Positions 28,056-37,754 of a stretch of DNA of 57,091 nucleotides are shown in pieces. Location: sequence record SRR31156797_1079. The stretch is one strand, 5' to 3'. The notes under the pieces are model-generated. The model had not been told where the DNA came from. It did no database searches and worked only from the letters and a program-made list of their open reading frames with translations. Every line of letters starts with the position of its first letter. The first letter of the stretch is position 1. The translations under genes and the position numbers were made by a program.

Positions 28056-31000
28056 ATGAACAAACTTAAATACATTCTTAAAAGTCTGTGGTTTTATAAA
28101 AGACAGCATTTGGCAGTATTATTGGGCACAATTGTAAGTACTACGGTATTAACGGGAGCTTTAATTGTTGGCGATTCGGTGAAATATAGTCTCCACGAGT
28201 TGGTAAACCTGCGATTGGGTGAAGTGGAATATGCCATGACAACCGGTGACCGTTATGTTCGTTCTGATTTAGCCAATGAGATTGGAGATGATTTGAAGGC
28301 AACTGTTGCACCGGTTTTACAGATTAATGGTGTTGCCATTCAACCAGAAACAAGCACTCGTGTAAATGGAATTCATGTTTATGGTGTGGATAGTGTTTTT
28401 TGGAAACTAAGCAATTCCAAAGTAGACAATCTGGATAAGGATGAGGCATACATCAGTCAGAATTTATCTGGTAGGATGAATTTGAAAAAAGGAGATCAGT
28501 TTCTATTACGTGTTGAGAAAGGAAGTGTGATTCCAGCTAATGCACCATTTGTATCCGATGAGGATCAAAGTTTGGCTTTAAGATTGACGGTAAAAGATGT
28601 TGCTGATGAATCTCATTTTGGGCGATTTAGCTTGCAATCCAATCAACTTGCGCCATACAATGTTTTTCTATCACGTAGTTTCATTTCTGATGAAATGGAT
28701 TTGTCTGGTTCTGCAAATTTACTATTGGTTTCTTCTAACAAAATAGAGTTTAAAGAGGGAGATCTAAAAAATAGTTTACAGACCAATTGGAAAATAGAAG
28801 ATGCTGGTCTGCAATTGAAAGAAATAGAAGGGAAAAACAAATATGAGATAAGCTCGAATCGTGTTTTTATTGATGAGCCTATTTCTGATGCAATAGAAGA
28901 TATCACGCAAAATCAGCAGCAGCTATTAACCTATTTTGTGAATGGCATAAGCTCGTCGAAAGGTGAAACGCCTTATTCATTTGTTACTTCTGTTCGTAAT
29001 GATAAGGACAGCGATTTAAATGAAGATGAGATAGTGATTAATAGTTGGCTAGCGGATGATTTAAAGGTTATTACTGGTGATACTATTGAATTAAAATATT
29101 TTGTAATTGGAGCCCTTCGAAAGTTGGTTGAGGAAAGCAAAACATTCAAAATTAAAGAGGTTTTACCAATTGCTGATTCTTTTTGGGATCGGGAAATGAT
29201 GCCAGAGTTTCCAGGATTAACAGATGCCGGATCGTGTAATGAGTGGGAAGCTGGTGTTCCTGTTGATTTTTCTAAAATCAGACCCAAAGATGAAGAGTAT
29301 TGGAAGAAGTATAAAGGAATGCCCAAAGCGCTAATTTCTTCGAACACAGCTTTGAATTTATGGAGCAATAAATATGGAAAATACACAGCTCTACGATTCG
29401 ATAAGAATGAAATACCTTCAAAGGATTTACAGGAGAAATTACAGAAAACCCTAAATCCTGAAATGATCAATCTGCAATTTTTACCTGTAAGAAATGAGGG
29501 AAAAAGAGCTGTGAATAATATGGTTGATTTTGGAGGGCTATTTCTGAGTTTAAGTTTCTTTATTATTTGTGCAGGAATCTTGCTTACCGTTTTAATTTAC
29601 TCTTTAAATCTGGATAGTAGAAACAAAGAAACAGGCATCTTATTGGGATTAGGTTTTCAGAACAATCAAATTTTGAGTTTGAGAATATATGAATCGCTGA
29701 TTACGATCATATTGGGTGGAGCTCTTGGTGTTTTAGGAGGAGTGCTTTACAATAGTCTATTGCTTGATGCATTAAATTCTGTATGGCAGGATGTAGTGAG
29801 AACCAATATGCTAAATGTTCACATTAGGACAAATACATTGCTGATTGGATTTATTGCTGGTGTTCTTACGGCAATGATTTGTATTATTTTAATCACGAGA
29901 AAGAAACTGAAAAGATCTGCGATTAAGTTGATTCAAAACACAGAAGATGATCAAGTAAAAAGAAGAAATGGCAAGCTATCTATTTTAATAGTTTTGATTT
30001 CTGTGCTAGGAACAGCTGCTATTGTTGTTTATGCGTTTGTATCATCCTTGGAACAAAATACAGAACTACTTTTATCGGCGGGAGGATTGGTATTGCTTGG
30101 AGCTTCAGCCTTTGTACATTCTTACCTGGTGAAAATCGGTAATAAACAGAGTGAAAGTACGCCTAATTTAAGCACCTTGGCTTTAAAGAACGGAGCTCGA
30201 AATGTAAAACGTAGTTTGGCTATTGTTGTCCTGCTTGCATTGGGAACTTTTTCTGTTTTGATAACAGGAGCCAATCGCAAGACATTTTACAATACTGAGA
30301 ATTCAAATTCGTCGGGAACCGGAGGCTATGAATATTGGGTGGAAGCAACATTGCCTGTTTTGTCTGATTTAAATACAACGGAAGGACAGGAGAAAGTCGG
30401 ATTTTGGGAAGGTGATTTGGATACAACAGTGAATTTCGTGCAATTCAGAGCATTGGAAGGAGATGATGCAAGTTGCTTGAATCTAAATCAGGTGAGTAAA
30501 CCACAAATTCTTGGATTTAACACTGCTGATTTTGAGCAAAGAAAATCATTTTCATTTGCAAAACTTCATACTGCTGTTGATAAAGAAAATCCATGGGGAG
30601 CATTAAATCAAGATTTTGGAGAGAATGTAATTCCGGCTTTTGCTGATCAGACAGTAATTGTTTGGGGGTTGAAAATGGCAGTGGGCGATACTTTATTTTA
30701 TCAAAATGAATTTGGTGAAGATTTGAAATTGTTATTGGTGGGAGGACTTGCCAATTCCATTTTTCAGGGTAATATTCTAATAGCAGATAGTTTATTTCAG
30801 GAAAATTTTCCTTCGGTAAGTGGTTCAAAAATAATATTGGCTGATTGCTCGCCTAACGACACTTTGTTTATTAATAAACTAGAAGACAATCTTCAGGATT
30901 TAGGTGTAAGAGGAACAAAAACTTCAGAGAAATTAGCTGCATTTTACTCAGTAGAAAATACCTACTTAAGCATGTTTATGTTTTTAGGAGGTTTAGGTGT

Positions 31001-31340
31001 AATCATAGGAACCATAGGATTAGGAATCGTGCTCCTAAGAAATGTTTGGGAACGTAAAAAAGAATTGGCTCTCTTAAGCGCCATTGGCTATACCGCTAAG
31101 GATATTTTTAAACTCTTGTTCATAGAGAATTTATTCTTATTGATTTTGGGATTACTCTGCGGTACAGCGGCAGCATTTATAGGTGTTTTGCCATCCTTGT
31201 TTTCTCCTGCATTTCAAATGCCTTATACTTATGTGATTTCATTACTCTTAGCCATATTTGTGAGTGGATTATTATGGATTTTAATTCCTATAAGATTCAT
31301 TCGTAAATTTAATATCATAGAAACACTAAAGGCTGAATAA
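28056..31340 (+). CDS. Large ABC-type permease with two MacB-PCD/FtsX modules
   Basis: VLTGALIVGDSV, RNKETGILLGLG and ERKKELALLSAIG FtsX motifs; two large periplasmic domains. Confidence 0.85.
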   Translation: MNKLKYILKSLWFYKRQHLAVLLGTIVSTTVLTGALIVGDSVKYSLHELVNLRLGEVEYAMTTGDRYVRSDLANEIGDDLKATVAPVLQINGVAIQPETSTRVNGIHVYGVDSVFWKLSNSKVDNLDKDEAYISQNLSGRMNLKKGDQFLLRVEKGSVIPANAPFVSDEDQSLALRLTVKDVADESHFGRFSLQSNQLAPYNVFLSRSFISDEMDLSGSANLLLVSSNKIEFKEGDLKNSLQTNWKIEDAGLQLKEIEGKNKYEISSNRVFIDEPISDAIEDITQNQQQLLTYFVNGISSSKGETPYSFVTSVRNDKDSDLNEDEIVINSWLADDLKVITGDTIELKYFVIGALRKLVEESKTFKIKEVLPIADSFWDREMMPEFPGLTDAGSCNEWEAGVPVDFSKIRPKDEEYWKKYKGMPKALISSNTALNLWSNKYGKYTALRFDKNEIPSKDLQEKLQKTLNPEMINLQFLPVRNEGKRAVNNMVDFGGLFLSLSFFIICAGILLTVLIYSLNLDSRNKETGILLGLGFQNNQILSLRIYESLITIILGGALGVLGGVLYNSLLLDALNSVWQDVVRTNMLNVHIRTNTLLIGFIAGVLTAMICIILITRKKLKRSAIKLIQNTEDDQVKRRNGKLSILIVLISVLGTAAIVVYAFVSSLEQNTELLLSAGGLVLLGASAFVHSYLVKIGNKQSESTPNLSTLALKNGARNVKRSLAIVVLLALGTFSVLITGANRKTFYNTENSNSSGTGGYEYWVEATLPVLSDLNTTEGQEKVGFWEGDLDTTVNFVQFRALEGDDASCLNLNQVSKPQILGFNTADFEQRKSFSFAKLHTAVDKENPWGALNQDFGENVIPAFADQTVIVWGLKMAVGDTLFYQNEFGEDLKLLLVGGLANSIFQGNILIADSLFQENFPSVSGSKIILADCSPNDTLFINKLEDNLQDLGVRGTKTSEKLAAFYSVENTYLSMFMFLGGLGVIIGTIGLGIVLLRNVWERKKELALLSAIGYTAKDIFKLLFIENLFLLILGLLCGTAAAFIGVLPSLFSPAFQMPYTYVISLLLAIFVSGLLWILIPIRFIRKFNIIETLKAE

Positions 31341-31503
31341 GCTGTTATTGCTTTGCGTATGTTGCACGGCAATGTTTTAGAATAGCCAATTTAGTTGAGC
31401 TTAGATATCATTTTGTTTTATCTTTGTCTGTACAGATCTAAAAGAAGAGTATTTCTCATCTTATAGTGAAAATTGAAACACACAAATTTTAAAATATTTT
31501 ACC

Positions 31504-33108
31504 ATGTCCGAATTTAAATATCAGAAGCCTTTTCCGATAACAAAGGATACAACAGAATATCGTTTGTTAACAAAAGACTATATTTCCACCATTGATGTTG
31601 ATGGAAGAAAAATCTTAAAGATTGACCCTAAAGGATTAGAATTATTATCGAAAGAAGCATTTTCTGATGTTTCATTTTTCTTGCGTCCGGCTCACCTTGC
31701 TAAACTACAGGATATTTTAAAGGATGGTGAAGCTTCGGATAATGATAAGTTTGTAGCTCACACCATGTTGATGAATCAAGTGGTTGCAGCTGACGGACAG
31801 TTGCCTACTTGTCAGGATACTGGTACTGCTATTGTCGTAGCTAAAAAGGGCGAAGATGTGTATACTGGATCAAATGATGCAGAGCATTTATCAAGAGGTG
31901 TTTACGATACTTACAAAGAAAGAAATTTGAGGTATTCTCAGGTTGTGCCTTTCTCTATGTTCGAAGAAAAAAACACTGGAAATAACCTTCCTGCTCAAAT
32001 TGATATTTACGCTAACCAAGGTAATGCTTACGAATTTCTATTTGTAACCAAAGGTGGTGGATCAGGAAACAAAACCTTCCTTTATCAGCAAACTAAGGCT
32101 CTTTTGAACGAAGAGAATCTAACCAAATTTGTTGAAGAAAAAATTAAAGATTTAGGTACCTCTGCTTGTCCTCCTTATCACTTAGCATTAGTAATTGGTG
32201 GAACTTCAGCTGAAGCAACATTGGCTACAGTTAAGAAAGCATCTGCAGGTTATTACGATCATTTACCAACAGAAGGTAACGAAGGTGGTCAGGCTTTTAG
32301 AGATCTTGAATGGGAGAAAAAAGTACAAGAGATTTGCCAAAACAGTGAAATTGGAGCTCAGTTTGGTGGAAAATACTTTGTTCACGATGTAAGAGTAATT
32401 CGTATGACTCGTCATGCTGCTTCTTGTCCTGTAGGATTAGGTGTTAGCTGTAGTGCAGATAGAAATATCAAAGCCAAAATTAATGAGGATGGAATCTTCC
32501 TTGAAAAGTTAGAGAAAGATCCAGTAAAATATTTACCAGAGGAGGCTCCAGCAATGAAAGCTGCAGTTGATATTGATTTAGATCAGCCAATGGAAGATAT
32601 TTTGAAGGAATTGACTAAATATCCTATCAAAACACGCTTGAATTTATCGGGAACTTTGATTGTAGCACGTGATATTGCACACGCTCAAATCAAGCAGATG
32701 TTAGATGAGGGAAAAGAAATGCCTGAATATTTCAAGAATCATCCGGTGTATTACGCAGGACCTGCTAAAACTCCGGAAGGAATGGCTTCAGGTAGTTTTG
32801 GACCAACAACAGCTGGACGTATGGATCCTTATGTTGGCGTTTTCCAAAAGCAAGGTGGATCGATGGTAATGGTTGCAAAAGGAAACCGTTACAAATCAGT
32901 TACTGATGCTTGTAAAGAAAATGGTGGATTCTATTTAGGATCGATTGGTGGACCTGCTGCAGTTCTAGCGAAGAACAGTATCAAGTCTATTGAAGTGATC
33001 GATTTCCCTGAATTGGGTATGGAAGCAGTTCGTAAAATTAGAGTTGAGAATTTCCCAGCTTTTATTATTGTTGATGACAAAGGAAATGACTTCTTTGCTG
33101 ATATGTAA
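31504..33108 (+). CDS. fumA: Class I (Fe-S) fumarate hydratase
   Basis: [49 protein letters not shown] -7 box at 31419. Confidence 0.93.
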   Translation: MSEFKYQKPFPITKDTTEYRLLTKDYISTIDVDGRKILKIDPKGLELLSKEAFSDVSFFLRPAHLAKLQDILKDGEASDNDKFVAHTMLMNQVVAADGQLPTCQDTGTAIVVAKKGEDVYTGSNDAEHLSRGVYDTYKERNLRYSQVVPFSMFEEKNTGNNLPAQIDIYANQGNAYEFLFVTKGGGSGNKTFLYQQTKALLNEENLTKFVEEKIKDLGTSACPPYHLALVIGGTSAEATLATVKKASAGYYDHLPTEGNEGGQAFRDLEWEKKVQEICQNSEIGAQFGGKYFVHDVRVIRMTRHAASCPVGLGVSCSADRNIKAKINEDGIFLEKLEKDPVKYLPEEAPAMKAAVDIDLDQPMEDILKELTKYPIKTRLNLSGTLIVARDIAHAQIKQMLDEGKEMPEYFKNHPVYYAGPAKTPEGMASGSFGPTTAGRMDPYVGVFQKQGGSMVMVAKGNRYKSVTDACKENGGFYLGSIGGPAAVLAKNSIKSIEVIDFPELGMEAVRKIRVENFPAFIIVDDKGNDFFADM

Positions 33109-33129
33109 GAAGTAATTTTTAAAATATAT

Positions 33130-33160
33130 AAAGGGTTATTCCATATGGAATAACCCTTTT
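33130..33160. terminator. Bidirectional terminator between fumarase and arfB
   Basis: AAAGGGTTATTCCA-ta-TGGAATAACCCTTT palindrome. Confidence 0.85.
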
Positions 33161-33174
33161 CTTTTGAATGCTTT

Positions 33175-33591
33175 TTAAAAATCTGGTTTTTTTCTGGATT
33201 CTTTCTTTTGTGATTGAATTTGTTTACCTGCTAATCTTTTTTCCTTTGAGGCTTTAGTTGGACGAGTTTTCCTTCTTGGCTTTTCTGGTTTTAATGCCAG
33301 TTCGATCCATTGATAGAATTTTTGGATCGCAATTTCTTTATTTAAGATTTGAGATCGTTCAGTTTGAGCTGTTACCGATAATATACCTTGATTACTGATA
33401 CGGTGATAAAGCTTTTTGAATAGCAGTTCTTTTTCCTCTTGTGTTAATAGTTTGGATTCGAAAACTGAGAATCGAAGCTCCACTTTTGAATTTACCTTGT
33501 TTACATTTTGTCCTCCAGGACCACTACTTCTTGATGTGATGAACTCGAATTCCTTACTTAAATCCTTCGAAAATTGATTTACTTCCTTCAT
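33175..33591 (-). CDS. arfB: Alternative ribosome-rescue peptidyl-tRNA hydrolase ArfB
   Basis: RSSGPGGQNVNKVNSKV, RSQ..N, basic C-terminal tail. Confidence 0.95.
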   Translation of the reverse strand: MKEVNQFSKDLSKEFEFITSRSSGPGGQNVNKVNSKVELRFSVFESKLLTQEEKELLFKKLYHRISNQGILSVTAQTERSQILNKEIAIQKFYQWIELALKPEKPRRKTRPTKASKEKRLAGKQIQSQKKESRKKPDF

Positions 33592-33639
33592 AATACTGTA
33601 AATATAAGTTCATTATTCCAAACTGTAGTCTAAAAATGA

Positions 33640-33669
33640 AAAATGCTGCTCAAAATAGAGCAGCATTTT
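33640..33669 (-). terminator. Intrinsic terminator of trpB
   Basis: AAAATGCTGCTC-aaaata-GAGCAGCATTTT. Confidence 0.8.
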
Positions 33670-33692
33670 ATATAATAATTCGAAAAAACGTT

Positions 33693-34901
33693 TTATTTTT
33701 CTTCAGGAAGACCATATTTCTCTACAACAAAATCAAGATCTTTATCGCCTCTTCCACTTAAATTGACAAGAATTGATTGGCGAGGATTTGCTTTGGCAAG
33801 CTTTAAAGCATATGCAACAGCATGAGCACTTTCCAATGCAGGAATAATTCCTTCAGATCTACTTAATTCATAAAATGCTTCTATGCATTCTTTATCGGTA
33901 ATAGAATTGTATTCTACCTTGTTCCAATCTTTTAGCATAGAATGTTCAGGTCCAACTCCAGGATAATCTAAACCACTGGCAACGGAATAAACAGGATCAG
34001 GCTGTCCTTCTTCATCTTGTAATAAATAACATTTAAAACCATGTATAACGCCAGGCTTACCGAAAGTTAGAGTAGCTGCATGCTCACCTTTGTCAAATGA
34101 TCTTCCGGCTGGTTCTACACCATGGAGTTTACATTCTTCATCTTCTAAAAACGCGGAGAAAATACCCATGGCATTACTACCCCCACCTACGCTAGCAACA
34201 ATGTTATCAGGTAATTCGCCGGTCATTTCCTGAAATTGCTCTCTGGCTTCGATTCCAATCACGCGTTGAAATTCACGAACCATCATCGGGAATGGATGAG
34301 GACCAACAACAGAACCTATGCAATAAATTGTATTTATAGGATCCTTTAAGTAGGATTGAAATGCGGAATCAACTGCTTCTTTTAAAGTTTTGAGTCCATG
34401 TGTTACAGGAATAACAGTAGCACCTAATATTTTCATTCGCATCACATTGGGATGCTCTTTGGCTATATCCACTTCACCCATGTGAATTTCACATTCCAAA
34501 CCAAAATAAGCAGCAGCAGTCGCCAAAGCCACACCATGTTGACCTGCACCGGTTTCAGCGATCAATTTCTTTTTGCCCATGTATTTGGCAAGCAGAGCTT
34601 CTCCCATACAATGGTTCAACTTATGAGCTCCGGAATGATTTAAATCTTCACGTTTAAGATAGATTCTACCTCCGTATTTATTCGATAAACGATTACAGTA
34701 ATAGACAGGTGTTGGTCTTCCCTGAAAGTGTTTGCGGATACTTCTCAATTCTGAAATGAATTCGTGCGATTTACTAATGGAGTAATACGCATCGTTAATT
34801 TTTTTCATTTCTTCTTGTAGTTCTTCTGGAATAAAACTTCCTCCGTACTCCCCGAAATATCCCTCTTGGTTAGGATAACTTTTAAAATAATTAGCAGACA
34901 T
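33693..34901 (-). CDS. trpB: Tryptophan synthase beta subunit (stand-alone)
   Basis: [14 protein letters not shown] (PLP Lys), [34 protein letters not shown]. Confidence 0.93.
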   Translation of the reverse strand: MSANYFKSYPNQEGYFGEYGGSFIPEELQEEMKKINDAYYSISKSHEFISELRSIRKHFQGRPTPVYYCNRLSNKYGGRIYLKREDLNHSGAHKLNHCMGEALLAKYMGKKKLIAETGAGQHGVALATAAAYFGLECEIHMGEVDIAKEHPNVMRMKILGATVIPVTHGLKTLKEAVDSAFQSYLKDPINTIYCIGSVVGPHPFPMMVREFQRVIGIEAREQFQEMTGELPDNIVASVGGGSNAMGIFSAFLEDEECKLHGVEPAGRSFDKGEHAATLTFGKPGVIHGFKCYLLQDEEGQPDPVYSVASGLDYPGVGPEHSMLKDWNKVEYNSITDKECIEAFYELSRSEGIIPALESAHAVAYALKLAKANPRQSILVNLSGRGDKDLDFVVEKYGLPEEK

Positions 34902-34976
34902 TTTGTTTGTGGTTATTGGTTAATAGATTCGAATATAACAGGATTAGTATTTAGTGAATACTGGTTATACTAGAAA

Positions 34977-35072
34977 GTCGAGAATTCTCCTTAAGATCTC
35001 CAGCCAGGAATGCCATTGGAAAAGATTATAGATTGATCGCACCCCGATAAGAAATCGCCAAAGAATCTCGAC
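34977..35072 (-). ncRNA. Candidate structured leader RNA upstream of trpB (family not recognised)
   Basis: GC-richer 96-nt block enclosed by GUCGAGAUUCU / AGAAUUCUCGAC, starting just after a TATCTTTG -7 box (35078-35085, minus); internal stems CGAU/AUCG and GGGGUGC/GCAUUCC. Confidence 0.5.
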
Positions 35073-35240
35073 GAATGCAAAGATAAAAAATAAGTGCATA
35101 TAATGATTCTTCCAGACTAATGATTATTGTTGACTTTCTAAATAAGATAAGCATACTTATTTACATTGCTATTGGAAGAGGATATTTGTAATTTGTGTAG
35201 AATTGTTTTAAATAAGTTTTAAACCAAAACGGAGGTTGTG

Positions 35241-36005
35241 ATGAATGAATTAAAAGTATCCCCGAAAGGGAGAGTTGCTTTTGTAAGTGGAGCAAGTAGA
35301 GGAATTGGGAGGGCAATCACCATCGAATTGTTAGAAGCAGGAGCAAAAAAGGTATATGCCGGAGTTAGAAACGCAAAAGCCTTAAATGATTTAAAAGCAG
35401 AATATAGTACTAGACTGGTACCTGTTCTGTTAGATTTGAGAGATGATCGATCAATAATAAAAGCCACCAGATCGATAAAAGATGTTGAAATATTAATAAA
35501 TAATGCCGGTGTTTATGAACCTGGAGGTTTTTTTTCGGACGATACATTGGATAGCATGGCGGTTAATTTTGAAGTGAATGTTTGGGGTTTGGTAAAGTTA
35601 AGCCTTTCAATGATTGATCATTTAAAAAATAAGAGTCATGCAGCTATTGTAAATATTTCTTCGGTATTGGGTTTGGCAAGTATGCCTATTAGTGGAGCAT
35701 ATTCTGCATCGAAAGCAGCAGTTCATAGTATAACACAAGGCATGCGGGGAGAGTTATTAAATACCAACATTTTAGTAATGGGAGTTTATCCAGGACCTAT
35801 TGACACGGATATGATTAGAGATTTGGAATTGGATAAAGATCTGCCTCAAAATGTAGCTCAAAATATCGTAAAAGGATTAAAAGATGGTAAGGAGTATGTT
35901 TTTCCGGATATGATGTCGAAACAAGTTGGAGAATTGTATTTAACCGAACCTGTTACTGTGGAAAAGCAATTTGCTCACTTTATCTCGGCTGAGGAGGAGG
36001 TTTAA
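35241..36005 (+). CDS. SDR-family oxidoreductase
   Basis: SGASRGIG, INNAG, YSASK, PGPIDTDM. Confidence 0.92.
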   Translation: MNELKVSPKGRVAFVSGASRGIGRAITIELLEAGAKKVYAGVRNAKALNDLKAEYSTRLVPVLLDLRDDRSIIKATRSIKDVEILINNAGVYEPGGFFSDDTLDSMAVNFEVNVWGLVKLSLSMIDHLKNKSHAAIVNISSVLGLASMPISGAYSASKAAVHSITQGMRGELLNTNILVMGVYPGPIDTDMIRDLELDKDLPQNVAQNIVKGLKDGKEYVFPDMMSKQVGELYLTEPVTVEKQFAHFISAEEEV

Positions 36006-36030
36006 GAATTAAAATTAATATTAGTTAAAT

Positions 36031-36058
36031 GGAGATCCGAATTAGGATCTCTTTTTTT
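36031..36058 (+). terminator. Intrinsic terminator
   Basis: GAGATCC-gaatta-GGATCTC plus T7. Confidence 0.8.
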
Positions 36059-36094
36059 ATATCTTAAAGTGATCAAATATTTAATTGGAAAATA

Positions 36095-36126
36095 TTTGCG
36101 AAATGAGAATATTCTCAATAACTTTG
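36095..36126 (+). promoter_or_regulatory. Bacteroidota housekeeping promoter with a palindromic operator in the spacer
   Basis: TTTG (36095-36098), N20, TAACTTTG (36119-36126); perfect 14-bp palindrome TGAGAATATTCTCA at 36104-36117. Confidence 0.8.
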
Positions 36127-36141
36127 TTTAAAAATTAATAT

Positions 36142-36546
36142 ATGCCAAGACGAATACGTTTAAGAAAGGTTGTTGAACCTCCAAGATTTAAAGGATATAG
36201 ACCCTTTGGTGTTAATGCTAAAAAAAGAGATTCTGTTGAATTTTTATATGAAGAATATGAGGCTATTAAATTAGCCGATTATGACTTTATGAATCATAAA
36301 GAAGCTGCGGATATAATGGGAGTATCAAGACCAACATTTGCAAGAATATATGAAAGTGCAAGAAGGAAAATAGCAATGGCTTTAGTCGAAACAAAAGATA
36401 TTAAGACTGTTTTTGGAAATGCTGTAATGGATAAAGATTGGTTTGTGTGCAATAAGTGCCATGCCCGATTTAATATTCCCAAAAATATGGATAGTGAGGT
36501 TTGTCCTGCTTGTAATTCAGTAAAAATAGAATCTTTAAACAAATAA
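36142..36546 (+). CDS. DUF134-family HTH protein with C-terminal zinc ribbon
   Basis: MPR..R.R, EEYEAIKLADY, AADIMGVSRPTFARIYESARRKIA; CNKC...CPAC. Confidence 0.9.
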   Translation: MPRRIRLRKVVEPPRFKGYRPFGVNAKKRDSVEFLYEEYEAIKLADYDFMNHKEAADIMGVSRPTFARIYESARRKIAMALVETKDIKTVFGNAVMDKDWFVCNKCHARFNIPKNMDSEVCPACNSVKIESLNK

Positions 36547-36552
36547 AAATAA

Positions 36553-36870
36553 ATGAAAACAATTATTACATCAACCGGAAAAGAAGAGGGTTCTTTATTT
36601 GATTTGCGTTTTGGTCGAGCAGCTTGGTTCTGTTTGTATGATGATGAAAATGGAGAGGTGCGTTTTATTGAAAATAAACATGCTAATGCAGCTGGAGGAG
36701 CAGGGACGAAAGCCTCTGAAACGGCTATAGAATTGGGTGTTTCAAAAGTTATTTCTGGTGATTTTGGACCCAAAGCGAAGGATTTACTAGATGAATTTAA
36801 TATTCAGATGGTAATTCTTCAGGATGATAACAATACAGTTGAGAAAATTCTTAAAAACTTAAAATCTTAA
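36553..36870 (+). CDS. NifB/NifX-family (FeMo-co-binding-like) protein
   Basis: RFGRA, GGAG, ISGDFGPKA motifs. Confidence 0.85.
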   Translation: MKTIITSTGKEEGSLFDLRFGRAAWFCLYDDENGEVRFIENKHANAAGGAGTKASETAIELGVSKVISGDFGPKAKDLLDEFNIQMVILQDDNNTVEKILKNLKS

Positions 36871-36881
36871 ATTCTACGAAT

Positions 36882-37067
36882 ATGCCAAAGCTAAATGGAA
36901 AAGGTCCGGAAGGAAAAGGATCCGGAACAGGACGCAAATTAGGCAAGTGTTCCTCTGATGATATGAAAACCAAACTAGAGAAACTGGGCGAAGGTCTTGG
37001 TCTTAAAAGAAAAAGTGGTTGTGGTCTTGGTCGGGGGAAAAGATTAAAAAGTGGAAAATCTATTTAA
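36882..37067 (+). CDS. DUF5320-like small Gly/Lys-rich protein
   Basis: MPKLNGKGPEGKGSGTGRKLGKC resembles the MPxxDxTGPxGxGxxTGRGxGxC N-terminus. Confidence 0.75.
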   Translation: MPKLNGKGPEGKGSGTGRKLGKCSSDDMKTKLEKLGEGLGLKRKSGCGLGRGKRLKSGKSI

Positions 37068-37081
37068 AAAAGGAGGTTGTT

Positions 37082-37273
37082 ATGCCAGGATTGGATAGAA
37101 CAGGTCCGAGAGGACAAGGAGTTAGGTCAGGTAGAGGTATGGGACGATGCAAGTCTGAAATTAATACCGAAAAGCAAGAGGAAAAGAGAGATCAATCATC
37201 CGAAGGAATGGGGCTTGGTCGTGGAAGAGGAATTGGAAGAGGAAAAGGGCAAGGTTTAAGAAGAAGAAGATAA
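37082..37273 (+). CDS. DUF5320-like small Gly/Arg-rich protein
   Basis: MPGLDRTGPRGQGVRSGRGMGRC and GRG-rich tail; ATG 37082 preceded by AGGAGG. Confidence 0.8.
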   Translation: MPGLDRTGPRGQGVRSGRGMGRCKSEINTEKQEEKRDQSSEGMGLGRGRGIGRGKGQGLRRRR

Positions 37274-37414
37274 TGGATTATAATATGTTCAAAGAACACA
37301 AGGGAAATGCTTATTTGGTTTGGTAAATTCCTTGTGTTTGCATTTTGTAAACTGATTATTAAATAACAAATACATAGAAATCATATTTGAGATTTCTAAT
37401 TTAAAATTTATCAC

Positions 37415-37753
37415 ATGAAAAAGAAGATTGCGGTACCGGTAAAAGAAGGTATGTTGGATGCACATTTTGGACATTGTAGTCATTTTGCATTAATAGATGT
37501 AGATGAAAAAGTAATTGTAAGCGAAGAATTAGTAGAAGCACCACCACACGTACCAGGTATGTTACCTCCATTTTTAGCAAACTTAGGTGTAACGGATGTT
37601 CTTGCAGGCGGTATGGGCGGAAGAGCAATTGAAATATTTAATGCCAACAATGTAAATGTTTTTGTAGGTGCTCCAAAACTGGAAGCTAAAGATTTGGTGA
37701 ATGGTTTTTTAACTGAAACCATTAGCTTTACTGCTAATTGTTGTGATCATTAA
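37415..37753 (+). CDS. NifB/NifX-family protein, Cys/His type
   Basis: IAVP, HFGHC, PPHVPG, GGMG and C-terminal NCCDH. Confidence 0.88.
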   Translation: MKKKIAVPVKEGMLDAHFGHCSHFALIDVDEKVIVSEELVEAPPHVPGMLPPFLANLGVTDVLAGGMGGRAIEIFNANNVNVFVGAPKLEAKDLVNGFLTETISFTANCCDH

Positions 37754-37754
37754 G

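Noticed and set aside
34990..35050. TPP or ZTP riboswitch call for the trpB leader (GGGGUGC, GGCUGGAGA, UGGCGA)
   Set aside because: Lacks the CUGAGA and CCUGA...GCGUAGG core of TPP and the CGCCUGGGC 3' hairpin of ZTP; kept as an unassigned candidate RNA.
37019..37081. N-terminal extension of ORF 37019..37273 and the overlapping ORF 37077..37259
   Set aside because: The family-like start MPGLDRTGP with an SD motif is at 37082; the alternatives overlap real genes.
37272..37325. Tiny ORF MDYNMFKEHKGNAYLVW in the operon gap
   Set aside because: Too short and featureless to support.
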